NCBI GenBank assembly: GCA_043797125.1
Contig: JAZDPX010000032.1
Coordinates: forward strand, 10,425 to 74,424
DNA: 64,000 nucleotides
Direction of reading: 5' to 3'
Origin: Candidatus Omnitrophota bacterium
Lineage (GTDB): Bacteria; Omnitrophota; Gorgyraeia; JABMRG01; JAFGKX01
Below, in pieces: positions 47,488 through 56,420 of the stretch (position 1 is the stretch's first letter; each line of letters begins with the position of its first letter). Under the pieces are notes generated by a model. The model saw only the letters and a list, made by a program, of their open reading frames with translations, was not told the DNA's origin and did not search any database. The position numbers and the translations under genes were made by a program.

Positions 47488-49008
47488 ATGTTGAACAAAA
47501 CAGGGTTTGATAATTACAAATATTTAAAAGAACAGACAGAGGCTATCCTAAAGAGGGTAGAAAAATTTAATGACAAACTGTATCTTGAATTCGGAGGCAA
47601 GCTTATTTTTGATTATCACGCCGCAAGGGTCCTGCCCGGTTTTGACCCAAACGTGAAAATAAGGCTGTTGCAGCAGCTTAAGGATAAGGCGGATATAATA
47701 CTTTGTATTTTCGCGGGAGATATAGAAAGAAGAAAGGTAAGGGCTGATTTCGGCATTACCTATGATGTTGACGCGCTTAAACTGATAGATGATTTAAGAA
47801 AATGGCATATTGAGATATGCGCCGTGGTGATAACGCGTTTTAATAACCAGCCGGCGGCAAAAATATTCAAGAATAAATTAGAAAGAAGAGGCATAAAAGT
47901 ATATACCCACGCTGCTACAAAAGGGTACCCGAAAGATGTCGATTTAATAGTGAGCAATAAAGGCTACGGAGCGAATCAGTATATAGAGACTAAAAAGCCG
48001 CTGGTTATTGTCACCGGCCCGGGGCCGGGAAGCGGCAAATTAGCCACTTGCCTTTCGCAGCTTTACCATGATTATAAGAAGGGTAAAATGAGCGGATACG
48101 CGAAATTTGAAACATTTCCGATATGGAATCTGCCCCTGGAACATCCTGTAAATGTTGCTTATGAAGCAGCTACAGCTGATATCGGAGACTTTAACCAGAT
48201 AGACACATTTCATTTAAAGGCCTACAAGAAAAAGACAGTCAATTATAACCGCGACGTAGAAATATTTCCCGTAATAAGGAAGATACTTTTGAAGATAATG
48301 AAGACCAAAAAGCCGATATATAATTCTCCTACGGATATGGGCGTAAACCGCGCAGGATTCGGAATTACTGATGATAAAATAGTCAGGGAGGCTGCAAAAC
48401 AGGAGGTTATAAGGCGTTATTTCAGGTATAACTGCGAATACCTGATGGGATTTGTGGAAAAGGACGCTGTCGAAAGGCTGGAGTCACTGATGAAAAGGCT
48501 TAAGCTCAAACCGCAGGACAGAAACGTCGTTGAACCCGCGCGAGTTGCTGCTGAAGACGCGAAAAACAAAAATAAAGGAAACGAGGGAATTTTTTGCGGC
48601 TCTGCAATCGAGCTTAAAGACGGCACGATCGTTACAGGAAAAAATTCTGAGCTTCTTCACGCCGCATCAAGCCTTATCTTAAACGCGGTAAAAAAATTGG
48701 CGGAGCTGCCGGATAAAATACACCTTCTATCACCCAGCACAATAGATGCAATAGGTGTTTTAAAAAAGAGCATCTCAAACGCAAAGAGCGTAAACCTCGA
48801 TTTGGAAGAAGCGTTGATAGCCCTTAGCATAAGCGCGTCAACAAATACGGCTGCGCAGCTTGCCATGGAAAAATTAAACCAACTGCAGGACTGCGAAGTG
48901 CATATGACCCACATGCCTACGCCAGGGGATGAAACAGGATTAAGAAGGCTCGGGGTTAATCTTACGACAGATGCTAATTTCTCCAGCAAAAGCCTTTTTG
49001 TGGTATAA
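47488..49008 (+). CDS. DUF1846/UPF0371 family protein
   Basis: N-terminal FDNYKYLKEQTEAILKRV...KLYLEFGGKLIFDYHAARVLPGFDPN and later VIVTGPGPGSGKLATCLSQLYHD, as I recall for UPF0371 proteins. Confidence 0.55.
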   Translation: MLNKTGFDNYKYLKEQTEAILKRVEKFNDKLYLEFGGKLIFDYHAARVLPGFDPNVKIRLLQQLKDKADIILCIFAGDIERRKVRADFGITYDVDALKLIDDLRKWHIEICAVVITRFNNQPAAKIFKNKLERRGIKVYTHAATKGYPKDVDLIVSNKGYGANQYIETKKPLVIVTGPGPGSGKLATCLSQLYHDYKKGKMSGYAKFETFPIWNLPLEHPVNVAYEAATADIGDFNQIDTFHLKAYKKKTVNYNRDVEIFPVIRKILLKIMKTKKPIYNSPTDMGVNRAGFGITDDKIVREAAKQEVIRRYFRYNCEYLMGFVEKDAVERLESLMKRLKLKPQDRNVVEPARVAAEDAKNKNKGNEGIFCGSAIELKDGTIVTGKNSELLHAASSLILNAVKKLAELPDKIHLLSPSTIDAIGVLKKSISNAKSVNLDLEEALIALSISASTNTAAQLAMEKLNQLQDCEVHMTHMPTPGDETGLRRLGVNLTTDANFSSKSLFVV

Positions 49009-49019
49009 TAAATACCGAT

Positions 49020-49742
49020 ATGGCAAAGACTAAAAAGACACATACAAAAGAATCAGATACCGGCAAGCAAGTGATAGGCGCCTTAGCCAAAATAAGCGAG
49101 GTTATTACCTCCGATCTGTATCTTGAAGATATTCTAAAATTAATAGTTAATGTCACTGCCGAGGCAATGGGCTCCAAGATATGTTCTCTTATGCTGCTGG
49201 ACAAGGGAGGTAATGAGCTTTCAGTCAAGGCCACGCAGTCTGTGAGCGAAAGATATAATAAAAAACCTAATATAAAATTGGGTCAAGGCATAGCCAGCAT
49301 AGTGGCTAAAACAGGCGAGCCCATTACATCCGCGGACGTAAGAAAAGACGAGCGTTATTTAAGCCGCGATGTAGCGATAAAAGAGAAACTTTGTTCTTTA
49401 TTATGCGTGCCTTTGATTTTTAAAAAGAGGGTCATAGGCGTGCTTAACTGCTATACAGCAAAGCCGCATCGTTTTACGCAGAATGAGATAAGCGTGATAA
49501 AATCCGTTGCGAATCAGGCTGCCATTGTTATCGAGAATTTCAGGCTGGTTATTGAGTCCAAGGTAATAAAAGAAGAGCTTGAGGCCAGGAAGATAATAGA
49601 AAAGGCCAAAGGCATCTTAATGAAGCGCGAGAATTTATCCGAGCAGGACGCCTACCAGAAAATCCGAAAATACAGCATGGATAACCGCAAGTCCATGCGT
49701 GAAGTTTCCGAAGCGATTGTGCTAAGTGAAGAGATAAAATGA
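49020..49742 (+). CDS. GAF + ANTAR domain RNA-binding antiterminator-type regulator
   Basis: GAF-like region (KICSLMLLDKGGNELSVKA...VIGVLNCY). C-terminal ANTAR motif (ARKIIEKAKGILMKRENLSEQDAYQKIRKYSMDNRKSMREVSEAIV). Confidence 0.75.
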   Translation: MAKTKKTHTKESDTGKQVIGALAKISEVITSDLYLEDILKLIVNVTAEAMGSKICSLMLLDKGGNELSVKATQSVSERYNKKPNIKLGQGIASIVAKTGEPITSADVRKDERYLSRDVAIKEKLCSLLCVPLIFKKRVIGVLNCYTAKPHRFTQNEISVIKSVANQAAIVIENFRLVIESKVIKEELEARKIIEKAKGILMKRENLSEQDAYQKIRKYSMDNRKSMREVSEAIVLSEEIK

Positions 49743-49771
49743 CTTAGCAGGCCTTAAGGCCTGCTAAGTCA
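49740..49771. repeat. CTTAAG-centred palindrome (type 4, 32-bp perfect) TGACTTAGCAGGCCTTAAGGCCTGCTAAGTCA, beginning in the ANTAR gene stop codon
   Basis: Perfect palindrome. Arms differ again from types 1-3 by compensatory changes while retaining CTTAAG. Confidence 0.85.
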
Positions 49772-49793
49772 TTCCCGCGGAAGCGGGGATCTA

Positions 49794-49835
49794 TCTTTTG
49801 CGTGCTTGCTTTCGCTTGTCGCTCGCAAAAATTGG
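49794..49835. repeat. Left copy of an about 41-bp imperfect direct repeat bounding the 4.1-kb island (right copy 53914-53954)
   Basis: tcttttgcgtgcttgctttcgcttgtcgctcgcaaaaattgg versus tcttttgtgtggttgccttcgcttgccgctcgcaaaaaggat (about 85% identity). Confidence 0.7.
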
Positions 49836-49838
49836 ATG

Positions 49839-51626
49839 CTATGCGGCGGAGTCGATGGCTGCATAGGAAGAAATCTTTTCAGTGGGTATGGTATCTATTA
49901 ATTTTTCTAGCGCAACGATTGCTTGTTGTATTTCAGGCACGATTTCTCTTAATGCCTGCATTTTATGTTTTGCATCATCACTTTTACAAAAAGTCTGATA
50001 CAGGATGTAGCGAAAAGCACTATTGGGAGGGATATGATCATTTTCTGTATTTACAAAACCAAAAATTTTTTCATATTTAGAAAAGTCTTTTTCTTCAACA
50101 AAATCAACAAAAGGCCGAAGAGCTAAGCTAAATTCCTCAATAATTTGCTTAGCTAAAATACTATTTTTTCTTAGTATTGAGGGGCTATTCTGACCATTGC
50201 AAATATCTTGCTTTATTCTAGATAATCTCTCTTTGGAGAAAAGCCCTCTGTATACAATAACATGCTCTGCGCTTGTGTGAAATTTATCATTATTCCTATC
50301 CTGCGGGCTTCCTTTTACCCAAAAATCAAGTGGAGGTATTAGATTCATCAAGCTTTCATAGAGCTCTTCAGCATACATAAGCTGTGCCTGTACGTTTTCA
50401 AGTGACGAAGCTTTTTTTAGCTTTGGTTTTTTAGGAAAGTTAAAACCGCAAGGCAGCTTTATTATAACTGTCGTACCTTTGCCAAGTTTTGATTTTACAT
50501 CAACCGTGCCGCCAATATCTTTAATAATATAATAGGCTGCTGTAGCGCCAATTCCTGTATGGGTTTCCATATAGCAGCTGTTGCGTTCTTTACTTTCATT
50601 TATATTAAATAAAGCCGGCCTTTCCATGATACAGTCATGTTTTAAAAAATCCTCTGAAACGCCGCCTCCTTTGTCTGTAATTTGTATTTTCACAAAGTTG
50701 CCATTTTTCGTTATTCGCATTGTGACCGTACTATGTTCATAATTTGTTGTTGAAAAATCTATGGCATTTTCAACGATTAATTCTATGGCGCCCTGTAGCA
50801 TTACATCGTTGCAATAAATGTCTACAGGATTCTTTAAATTATTTTTTATTTTTAATTCCACATCCCCACTTACCACCTTGTCGTAGCGTTTTTTGACCCT
50901 TTCATTTACATTCTTTATAATTTCGCTAATAGAATGATGTTTATAGCTGTGTTTATATCCCTGCGGGAAATCTATAATAGGTAATGATGCCTCTAAAATA
51001 ATATTCAAATTTGTTAAAATAAATGTAAACACATCAATCCTGTCAGGTTCTTCTTTGTCTTCGAAAAAAAACTGACTTTTTAGAAAATCATCTGCGAGAA
51101 CTTCTCTAAGGATTTTCTCCATGTTTCTTTTAACTAGTATGATATTTCTTCGTTCGTTAAATAGTATGTCATTATATTTAGTCAAGTCCGATGAAGCAGT
51201 TGCATAATTTAAGGAATCCTCTCCCGCTTTTTCTAGCATGCTCCTTAAATTTTCATTGTGTTTAAAATATAGTTCAGTCGTTTCTTTAACCATATCATAC
51301 ATATTATAAAAATGTCTGCTTTTACCTGACCCCTCCTCCCAATAATCATACCATCTATTGCACGAACCCATTAAGGAACCCATGCGCGCAGATGTATTAT
51401 GGTAAGCTTCAGGTATTCCGAAAATGTTAGCCGTAGGTAAACTCAAAAGTCGTATTGCTACAATAAAACGTTCTATATCTTCTCGTTTTTCCTTTGGTAA
51501 AGTATAGAATTTTTCTTTTGGTGAGAGTTTTTTCAAAGAGAGGTTATTTGCTATCGGTCGTAGTGAATAAGCAGACTGCGGCATTGTTAATATAATAAGC
51601 AGTATAATTGTTATGATTTTCCTCAC
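49839..51626 (-). CDS. Signal-peptide protein with GHKL/HATPase_c-type ATP-binding domain (histidine-kinase-like, atypical; no clear HisKA H-box or TM sensor architecture)
   Basis: N-terminal MRKIITIILLIILTMPQSAYS. G-boxes ...ITDKGGGVSEDFL... and THTGIGATAAYYIIKDIGGTVDVKSKLGKGTTVIIKLP. Confidence 0.6.
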   Translation of the reverse strand: MRKIITIILLIILTMPQSAYSLRPIANNLSLKKLSPKEKFYTLPKEKREDIERFIVAIRLLSLPTANIFGIPEAYHNTSARMGSLMGSCNRWYDYWEEGSGKSRHFYNMYDMVKETTELYFKHNENLRSMLEKAGEDSLNYATASSDLTKYNDILFNERRNIILVKRNMEKILREVLADDFLKSQFFFEDKEEPDRIDVFTFILTNLNIILEASLPIIDFPQGYKHSYKHHSISEIIKNVNERVKKRYDKVVSGDVELKIKNNLKNPVDIYCNDVMLQGAIELIVENAIDFSTTNYEHSTVTMRITKNGNFVKIQITDKGGGVSEDFLKHDCIMERPALFNINESKERNSCYMETHTGIGATAAYYIIKDIGGTVDVKSKLGKGTTVIIKLPCGFNFPKKPKLKKASSLENVQAQLMYAEELYESLMNLIPPLDFWVKGSPQDRNNDKFHTSAEHVIVYRGLFSKERLSRIKQDICNGQNSPSILRKNSILAKQIIEEFSLALRPFVDFVEEKDFSKYEKIFGFVNTENDHIPPNSAFRYILYQTFCKSDDAKHKMQALREIVPEIQQAIVALEKLIDTIPTEKISSYAAIDSAA

Positions 51627-51777
51627 GGCATAGCCCTTTAACTTCGTAACACCTTTAATTAAATGTCTTAATTAAGCCGAAAATACTAAATCCCATAGGT
51701 AGAAACTTCAAAGAAGTTCTACCTATGGGACCCTTTTCAAAATTACATCCATATTATAGCATATGAGAGTAGCATAT

Positions 51778-52266
51778 TCAAGGAAATAAAAATAATAGTC
51801 TGTGCCAAGACATGCCCCGCTTCTTAAATCTATGGGCGATGAACTTGTCGACGTTAGATTCCATGGCTCCTGAGCCCTTTATACGGCGCCTTATTGTTTT
51901 ATCTTCTATTCGCTTTATGGGGTTTATGCCTTGGCGGTTCTGATCTATATATACGTAAAGATCATTTATGGAATCCTTCATTCTTATGTCCTTTGTCCTG
52001 GTAAGTATTCTCTTTATAGTGGAAAGCGCTTTGTCTATCTGGTCTTTCTTTATGAGGTCATTTATCTTAAGCTGCATATCTGGCCTTTTAGAGAGGGCGC
52101 GCTTTATGTTTCTTTTTAAGTGGAACTTGCTTAGGATATATATGGCGCCTGGGAAGCAATCTTTAATCCCGGCTGTTATATACGCGCCTCCATCTCCGCC
52201 GAATATAACCGCTTTTGAGCTTGAGAGCCGGAGTTTCTTTTCGGCGATGAGGCTTAAGTTTTCCAT
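51778..52266 (-). pseudogene. ISL3-family-like transposase, C-terminal fragment only (N-terminal about 60% absent)
   Basis: AIYILSKFHLKRNIKRAL resembles the ISL3 DRFH(V/I)xK region. The C-terminal basic tail is present, but no continuation of the reading frame upstream. Confidence 0.5.
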
Positions 52267-52464
52267 GAAGAGACGCCCTTTTTCAATGCCGGAATATGTA
52301 AACTTATTCTTAAGCTTTAATGAGGCGTCAAAGCCGGCATTGTAGCGCTTGACTTTGCTGCCCCAATCTTATTAAAGAAGTAGTGATATTTTTTTAATAA
52401 CAAAGCGTAAACAAGTCTACTGTTAAAGCACGCTTTAACAGTATTTGTTTTTATTAAAGAAAAC

Positions 52465-52493
52465 TTGACATTTCTTTAATAGTAATGTATAAT
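52465..52493 (+). promoter_or_regulatory. Sigma70-like promoter TTGACA-17-TATAAT for fic
   Basis: aaacTTGACAtttctttaatagtaatgTATAATttctatgctATGaac; implies the fic start is ATG 52503. Confidence 0.5.
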
Positions 52494-52502
52494 TTCTATG
52501 CT

Positions 52503-53654
52503 ATGAACAAAAATAGAGGGGGCATATATATAACCCAATCACAAGGTTATAAGGCTTTTATCCCAACAAAACTTCCGCCAAAACCGCCGCTTAATATCGA
52601 TAATACAATTATAGAGTTGTTATCAAAGGCAGATATAGCTATCGGCCGCCTTTCGGGTATATCTGAAACACTGCCTAATCCTGACTTATTTGTCGCCATG
52701 TACGTAAGGAAGGAAGCTGTTTTGAGTTCTCAGATAGAAGGAACAGAAGCGTCCTTAGAAGATTTATTAGAGTATGAATCCGGAAATGGGGTAAAAAAAT
52801 TGCCAAATGATATAACAGAAGTTGTCAATTATATTAAGGCAATGAACTATGGATTAAAACGCATAAATGAGCTGCCTCTCTCTCTTAGATTAATCAAGGA
52901 AATCCATTTTGAATTAATGGAAGGTGTTAGGGGCGGTGATAAGACTCCGGGCGAGTTTAGAAAAACACAAAATTGGATAGGCCCAAAAGGATGCGTTTTA
53001 AACAATGCGAGGTTTGTGCCTCCTCCGCCGCATGAAATGATTCAGGCCTTGAGCGATTTAGAAAAATATATGCATTCCGAGTTAAATTATCCGCTGCTGA
53101 TAGAATGCGGGCTTATCCACACTCAATTTGAAACTATACACCCGTTTTTAGATGGTAACGGCCGCATAGGAAGATTGCTTATCGCATTTTTTTTATGCCA
53201 TAAAGGAATATTGAAAAAACCATTGCTCTATTTGAGTCATTATTTCAAACAAAACCGCCTTGAATATTACGATAGGCTTATGAATGTAAGGGAAAAAGGA
53301 GATTTTGAATCCTGGATAGAATTTTTTCTGGAAGGCGTTAAAGAAACAGCCCAAGAGGCCTGTGAAGCATCTTATAAAATATTGAAGTTAAAAGATGCTG
53401 ACAGAAGAAAAATCAGTGAAATTTATAAAGAATCCTCAAAAACAGCGTTACTGCATGAAAAGTTATTTGACAGGCCTGTTATTTCAATAAAAGATATAGC
53501 TGCTATTATAAATACCACTTTCCCAACAGCAAATTCCATTTGCAGCAAACTTATTAAATTGGGTATATTAAAAGAGGTAACAGGCAAAGAAAGAAATAAA
53601 TTGTTTACTTATAAAAGCTATTTGGATATTCTTAAACAAGAAGCTAATGTTTAA
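52503..53654 (+). CDS. fic: Fic-family protein (FIC domain with C-terminal winged-helix-like region)
   Basis: Canonical FIC motif HPFLDGNGRIGRLL (HPFxDGNGRxxR). Confidence 0.85.
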   Translation: MNKNRGGIYITQSQGYKAFIPTKLPPKPPLNIDNTIIELLSKADIAIGRLSGISETLPNPDLFVAMYVRKEAVLSSQIEGTEASLEDLLEYESGNGVKKLPNDITEVVNYIKAMNYGLKRINELPLSLRLIKEIHFELMEGVRGGDKTPGEFRKTQNWIGPKGCVLNNARFVPPPPHEMIQALSDLEKYMHSELNYPLLIECGLIHTQFETIHPFLDGNGRIGRLLIAFFLCHKGILKKPLLYLSHYFKQNRLEYYDRLMNVREKGDFESWIEFFLEGVKETAQEACEASYKILKLKDADRRKISEIYKESSKTALLHEKLFDRPVISIKDIAAIINTTFPTANSICSKLIKLGILKEVTGKERNKLFTYKSYLDILKQEANV

Positions 53655-53688
53655 ATGTTACGATTACAGCTACTAAGAAGCAGGCCTC

Positions 53689-53717
53689 TTGACAAACCCA
53701 AAATCGTGTGGTATAGT
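53689..53717 (+). promoter_or_regulatory. Sigma70-like promoter TTGACA-17-TATAGT downstream of fic
   Basis: ctcTTGACAaacccaaaatcgtgtggTATAGTtatg. Confidence 0.45.
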
Positions 53718-53723
53718 TATGTT

Positions 53724-53788
53724 GTAACAAGGCGCGATGTTGGCGCTTAAATTTTAACAAAGGCGTTCGAAAGAACGCCTTATTTTTT
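53724..53788 (+). ncRNA. Candidate about 65-nt small RNA (promoter to intrinsic terminator)
   Basis: Promoter at 53689-53717, followed within about 45 nt by GGCGTTCgaaaGAACGCCttatttttt (53762-53788). A second terminator lies at 53797-53838 (GGTGTTC...GAACACCtttttt). Confidence 0.3.
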
Positions 53789-53796
53789 AGGACAAA

Positions 53797-53838
53797 GGTG
53801 TTCTTATGCCTGAAGAAAGGCATGGGAACACCTTTTTT
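53797..53838 (+). terminator. Second intrinsic terminator (tandem with 53762-53788)
   Basis: aGGTGTTCttatgcctgaagaaaggcatggGAACACCtttttt. Confidence 0.55.
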
Positions 53839-53913
53839 ATTGATAGGGGCCTCGTGGTCCTGTTCTATCTTTGGTTCGGTTTTTGCAATGCTTGGTGCTG
53901 AAATCTTAAGCAA

Positions 53914-53954
53914 TCTTTTGTGTGGTTGCCTTCGCTTGCCGCTCGCAAAAAGGA
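53914..53954. repeat. Right copy of the island-bounding direct repeat, followed by a repeat-dense gcaaaaa/tttttgc region to about 54135
   Basis: See 49794-49835. Downstream recurring motifs: cgctcgcaaaaa, tttttgctcgc, ggcaaaaattgc, tttcgcaatttttgac, ccttgcaaaaacc. Confidence 0.7.
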
Positions 53955-54142
53955 TTTTTCGCCTTCGGCGAAAGGCACTTTTTGCTCGCTGTGGCAAAAA
54001 TTGCTCACTTCTCGCCGGGTTTTCGCAATTTTTGACAGTCGCTCCGGCAACACACACAAAAGCTTTTGCAAATGTATCTCACCTTGCAAAAACCTCACCG
54101 ACACTAAAAGTCAGGCCGAGGGGTTATTTTAGGCAAAGTTAG

Positions 54143-54229
54143 CGGCGGGTGTCTGGCCGAGCCGAAGCCCTCACCGCCCGCAACGAAAGTGAGGACGGTG
54201 AGGTGGCTCGGCCAGACAGGCCCCGCCAC
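54143..54229 (+). promoter_or_regulatory. GC-rich about 87-nt extended hairpin upstream of the sigma-factor gene (candidate structured RNA or REP-like element)
   Basis: gcggcgggtgtctggccgagcc...cctcaccg...cggtgagg...ggctcggccagacaggccccgcc. Outer stem about 20 bp, inner stem 8 bp. Strongly GC-rich relative to its surroundings. Confidence 0.5.
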
Positions 54230-54264
54230 TCTATAAGCTTAAAGGTAAATCCGCAGAGGTAAAG

Positions 54265-54783
54265 ATGGATTTTAAGATTTTACTGGAGAAAATAACGCCT
54301 GCGCTAAAGGCCATTGCCAGAAAGAGGCTGCTTTACAGTTTCTACAGCGAAGAGGACCTTTATCAGGAGATGTGCCTTTTTCTGTGGAGCAGGTATAAAG
54401 ATGGTATGCCTATCGGTTTTAATGAGTCGTATATAATTAAGGCATGCGAATTTCATATGTTGAATTTCTTAAGAAAAGGCAGGCCAAAGGTAATGTTGAT
54501 GAGCTTGGATGAGCCTATTACGTCAGAAGGGCTCAGGCTTGAGGATATTTTAGAAGACAAAAAAGATACCTTTTCTGAAAGCGCAGATAGAAACATAAGC
54601 ATAGATGATATTAAAAACATAGGCCTTACGCCTAAAGAAAATAATGTATTCTCGCTTTTGCTTAAAGGTTACACAGTAAGGGAAGCGGCGCAAGAACTGG
54701 GCATCTCCCATGTCATGGTGCTTAAATATAAGAAGAATATAATAAGGAAGTGGGTTACCAAGAGTAAGAAAAATTTACTTTAG
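54265..54783 (+). CDS. Sigma-70 family (ECF-like) RNA polymerase sigma factor
   Basis: Region-2-like LYQEMCLFLWSRY. Region 4 HTH LTPKENNVFSLLLKGYTVREAAQELGISHVMVLKYKKNIIRKW. Confidence 0.6.
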   Translation: MDFKILLEKITPALKAIARKRLLYSFYSEEDLYQEMCLFLWSRYKDGMPIGFNESYIIKACEFHMLNFLRKGRPKVMLMSLDEPITSEGLRLEDILEDKKDTFSESADRNISIDDIKNIGLTPKENNVFSLLLKGYTVREAAQELGISHVMVLKYKKNIIRKWVTKSKKNLL

Positions 54784-54786
54784 TAT

Positions 54787-56049
54787 ATGTCAATGTCCAC
54801 TTTTAACATAGGAGATAATATGATAAACGCTGGCGATACTGCATGGGTGCTTGTTTCAACGGCGTTTGTTTTGCTGATGACGCCGGGCCTCGCATTTTTT
54901 TACGGGGGCATGGTTAGGAAGAAGAATATATTAAGCGTATTGATGCAATGCTACATAATTATCTGTGCCTTAAGCATTCAATGGGTCCTGTTTGGGTATA
55001 GCCTTTCTTTTGCTCCAGGAGGAATTTTCTGGGGAGGATTAAAATGGTTTGGTTTAAACGGCGTAGGCATGGAACCTTACGCAAATTACGCCCCTACAAT
55101 TCCGCATCAGGCGTTTATGATTTTTCAGGGAATGTTCGCTGTAATTACCCCGGCTTTAATAATAGGAGCTTTTGCCGAAAGAATGAAGTTCTCCGCTTTT
55201 CTGGTGTTTAGCCTGCTTTGGGCAACGTTTGTGTATGATCCGTTAATTCATTGGGTGTGGGGCGACGGAGGATGGCTTAAACAGCTCGGGGTTCTTGATT
55301 TTGCCGGAGGCATAGTAGTGCATACGAGCGCCGGCATAGCGGCCTTAGTAGCTGCTATAATAATAGGCAAAAGAAAAAATCTCGATACCAATACGCCGAC
55401 TCCTCATAACCTTCCATTTGTAGTATTAGGCACAGGCCTTTTATGGTTTGGCTGGTTTGGATTCAACGCCGGCAGCGCTTTGGCAGCAAATGGTTTGGCA
55501 GTAAATGCTTTTGTTGCGACAAATACAGCTGCAGCAAGCGCTGGTTTAATTTGGGCATTGCTTGAATGGATACGAAACGGCAAGCCTACAGTGTTTGGTG
55601 TTATAACCGGTTCAGTTGCCGGCCTTGCTACGGTTACGCCAGCCTCGGGATTTATCAATGCGTCATCGGCCTTAGTCATAGGCGTATTAGCCAGCATACT
55701 TTGTTATATAGGAGTGGCGGTTATTAAACCTAAATATGGTTATGATGATTCATTGGATGTGTTTGGCGTTCATGGCTTAGGAGGTATATTGGGCACATTA
55801 GCGGTAGGTTTATTTGCTTCCAAGGCTATTAATGCTGCCGGTAATAACGGCCTGTTTTACGGCAACCCAAAACAATTGGTAATTCAGTTAGTCGGTGTTT
55901 TGGTTGCCGGTGTTTATGTATTTATAGTTACATTTATTATATATAAATTTGTAGATATATTCTTCAGAATGCGCGTAAGCGAAAAAGAAGAGCTTATGGG
56001 CCTTGACTTAACCCAGCATCGCGAAAGGGCGTATACGGTATTAGAATAA
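54787..56049 (+). CDS. amt: Ammonium transporter (Amt family)
   Basis: 11 TM helices, Amt signature DFAGGIVVHTSAGIAALV. Followed by glnK. Confidence 0.9.
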   Translation: MSMSTFNIGDNMINAGDTAWVLVSTAFVLLMTPGLAFFYGGMVRKKNILSVLMQCYIIICALSIQWVLFGYSLSFAPGGIFWGGLKWFGLNGVGMEPYANYAPTIPHQAFMIFQGMFAVITPALIIGAFAERMKFSAFLVFSLLWATFVYDPLIHWVWGDGGWLKQLGVLDFAGGIVVHTSAGIAALVAAIIIGKRKNLDTNTPTPHNLPFVVLGTGLLWFGWFGFNAGSALAANGLAVNAFVATNTAAASAGLIWALLEWIRNGKPTVFGVITGSVAGLATVTPASGFINASSALVIGVLASILCYIGVAVIKPKYGYDDSLDVFGVHGLGGILGTLAVGLFASKAINAAGNNGLFYGNPKQLVIQLVGVLVAGVYVFIVTFIIYKFVDIFFRMRVSEKEELMGLDLTQHRERAYTVLE

Positions 56050-56061
56050 GGAGAGGTTATT

Positions 56062-56403
56062 ATGAAACTTATAATCGCAATAATTCAGCCATATAAATTA
56101 GAAGAGGTTAAAGAACAGCTATATAAAGAGGAAGTCAATCTTATAACCGTAAGCGAAGTTTTAGGCCATGGCCGCCAAAAAGGCGTAACAGAGGTTTACC
56201 GAGGGCACAAAGAAACAGGCAACCTCTTAAGAAAGGTGAGGATTGAGATAGCTGTAAATGAAAATTATGTGGAGCGCACCATAAACGCGATTATAAAAGG
56301 CGCAAAAACAGGCGAAACAGGAGACGGTAAGATCTTTGTCTTGGATTTGCCGGAGTGCATACGTATCCGCACCGGGGAGCGCGGTGGGGTAGCGATAGGT
56401 TAA
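56062..56403 (+). CDS. glnK: P-II nitrogen regulatory protein (GlnK-type, amt-linked)
   Basis: 112 aa. [18 protein letters not shown]-loop region, C-terminal GDGKIFV. Confidence 0.9.
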   Translation: MKLIIAIIQPYKLEEVKEQLYKEEVNLITVSEVLGHGRQKGVTEVYRGHKETGNLLRKVRIEIAVNENYVERTINAIIKGAKTGETGDGKIFVLDLPECIRIRTGERGGVAIG

Positions 56404-56420
56404 GCGTTAATGACAGGCGA

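Larger units (their letters stand above)
49836..53913. mobile_element. About 4.1-kb putative integrated island (secreted GHKL-ATPase gene, truncated ISL3-like transposase, fic, candidate sRNA) flanked by direct repeats
   Basis: The only minus-strand genes in the window; a transposase remnant; a Fic protein; flanking about 41-bp direct repeats. Interrupts the otherwise co-directional array between the ANTAR regulator and the nitrogen cluster. Confidence 0.55.

Noticed and set aside
51968-52345. 125-aa plus-strand ORF opposite the transposase fragment
   Set aside because: Antisense to the ISL3-like fragment, no start context; likely non-coding.
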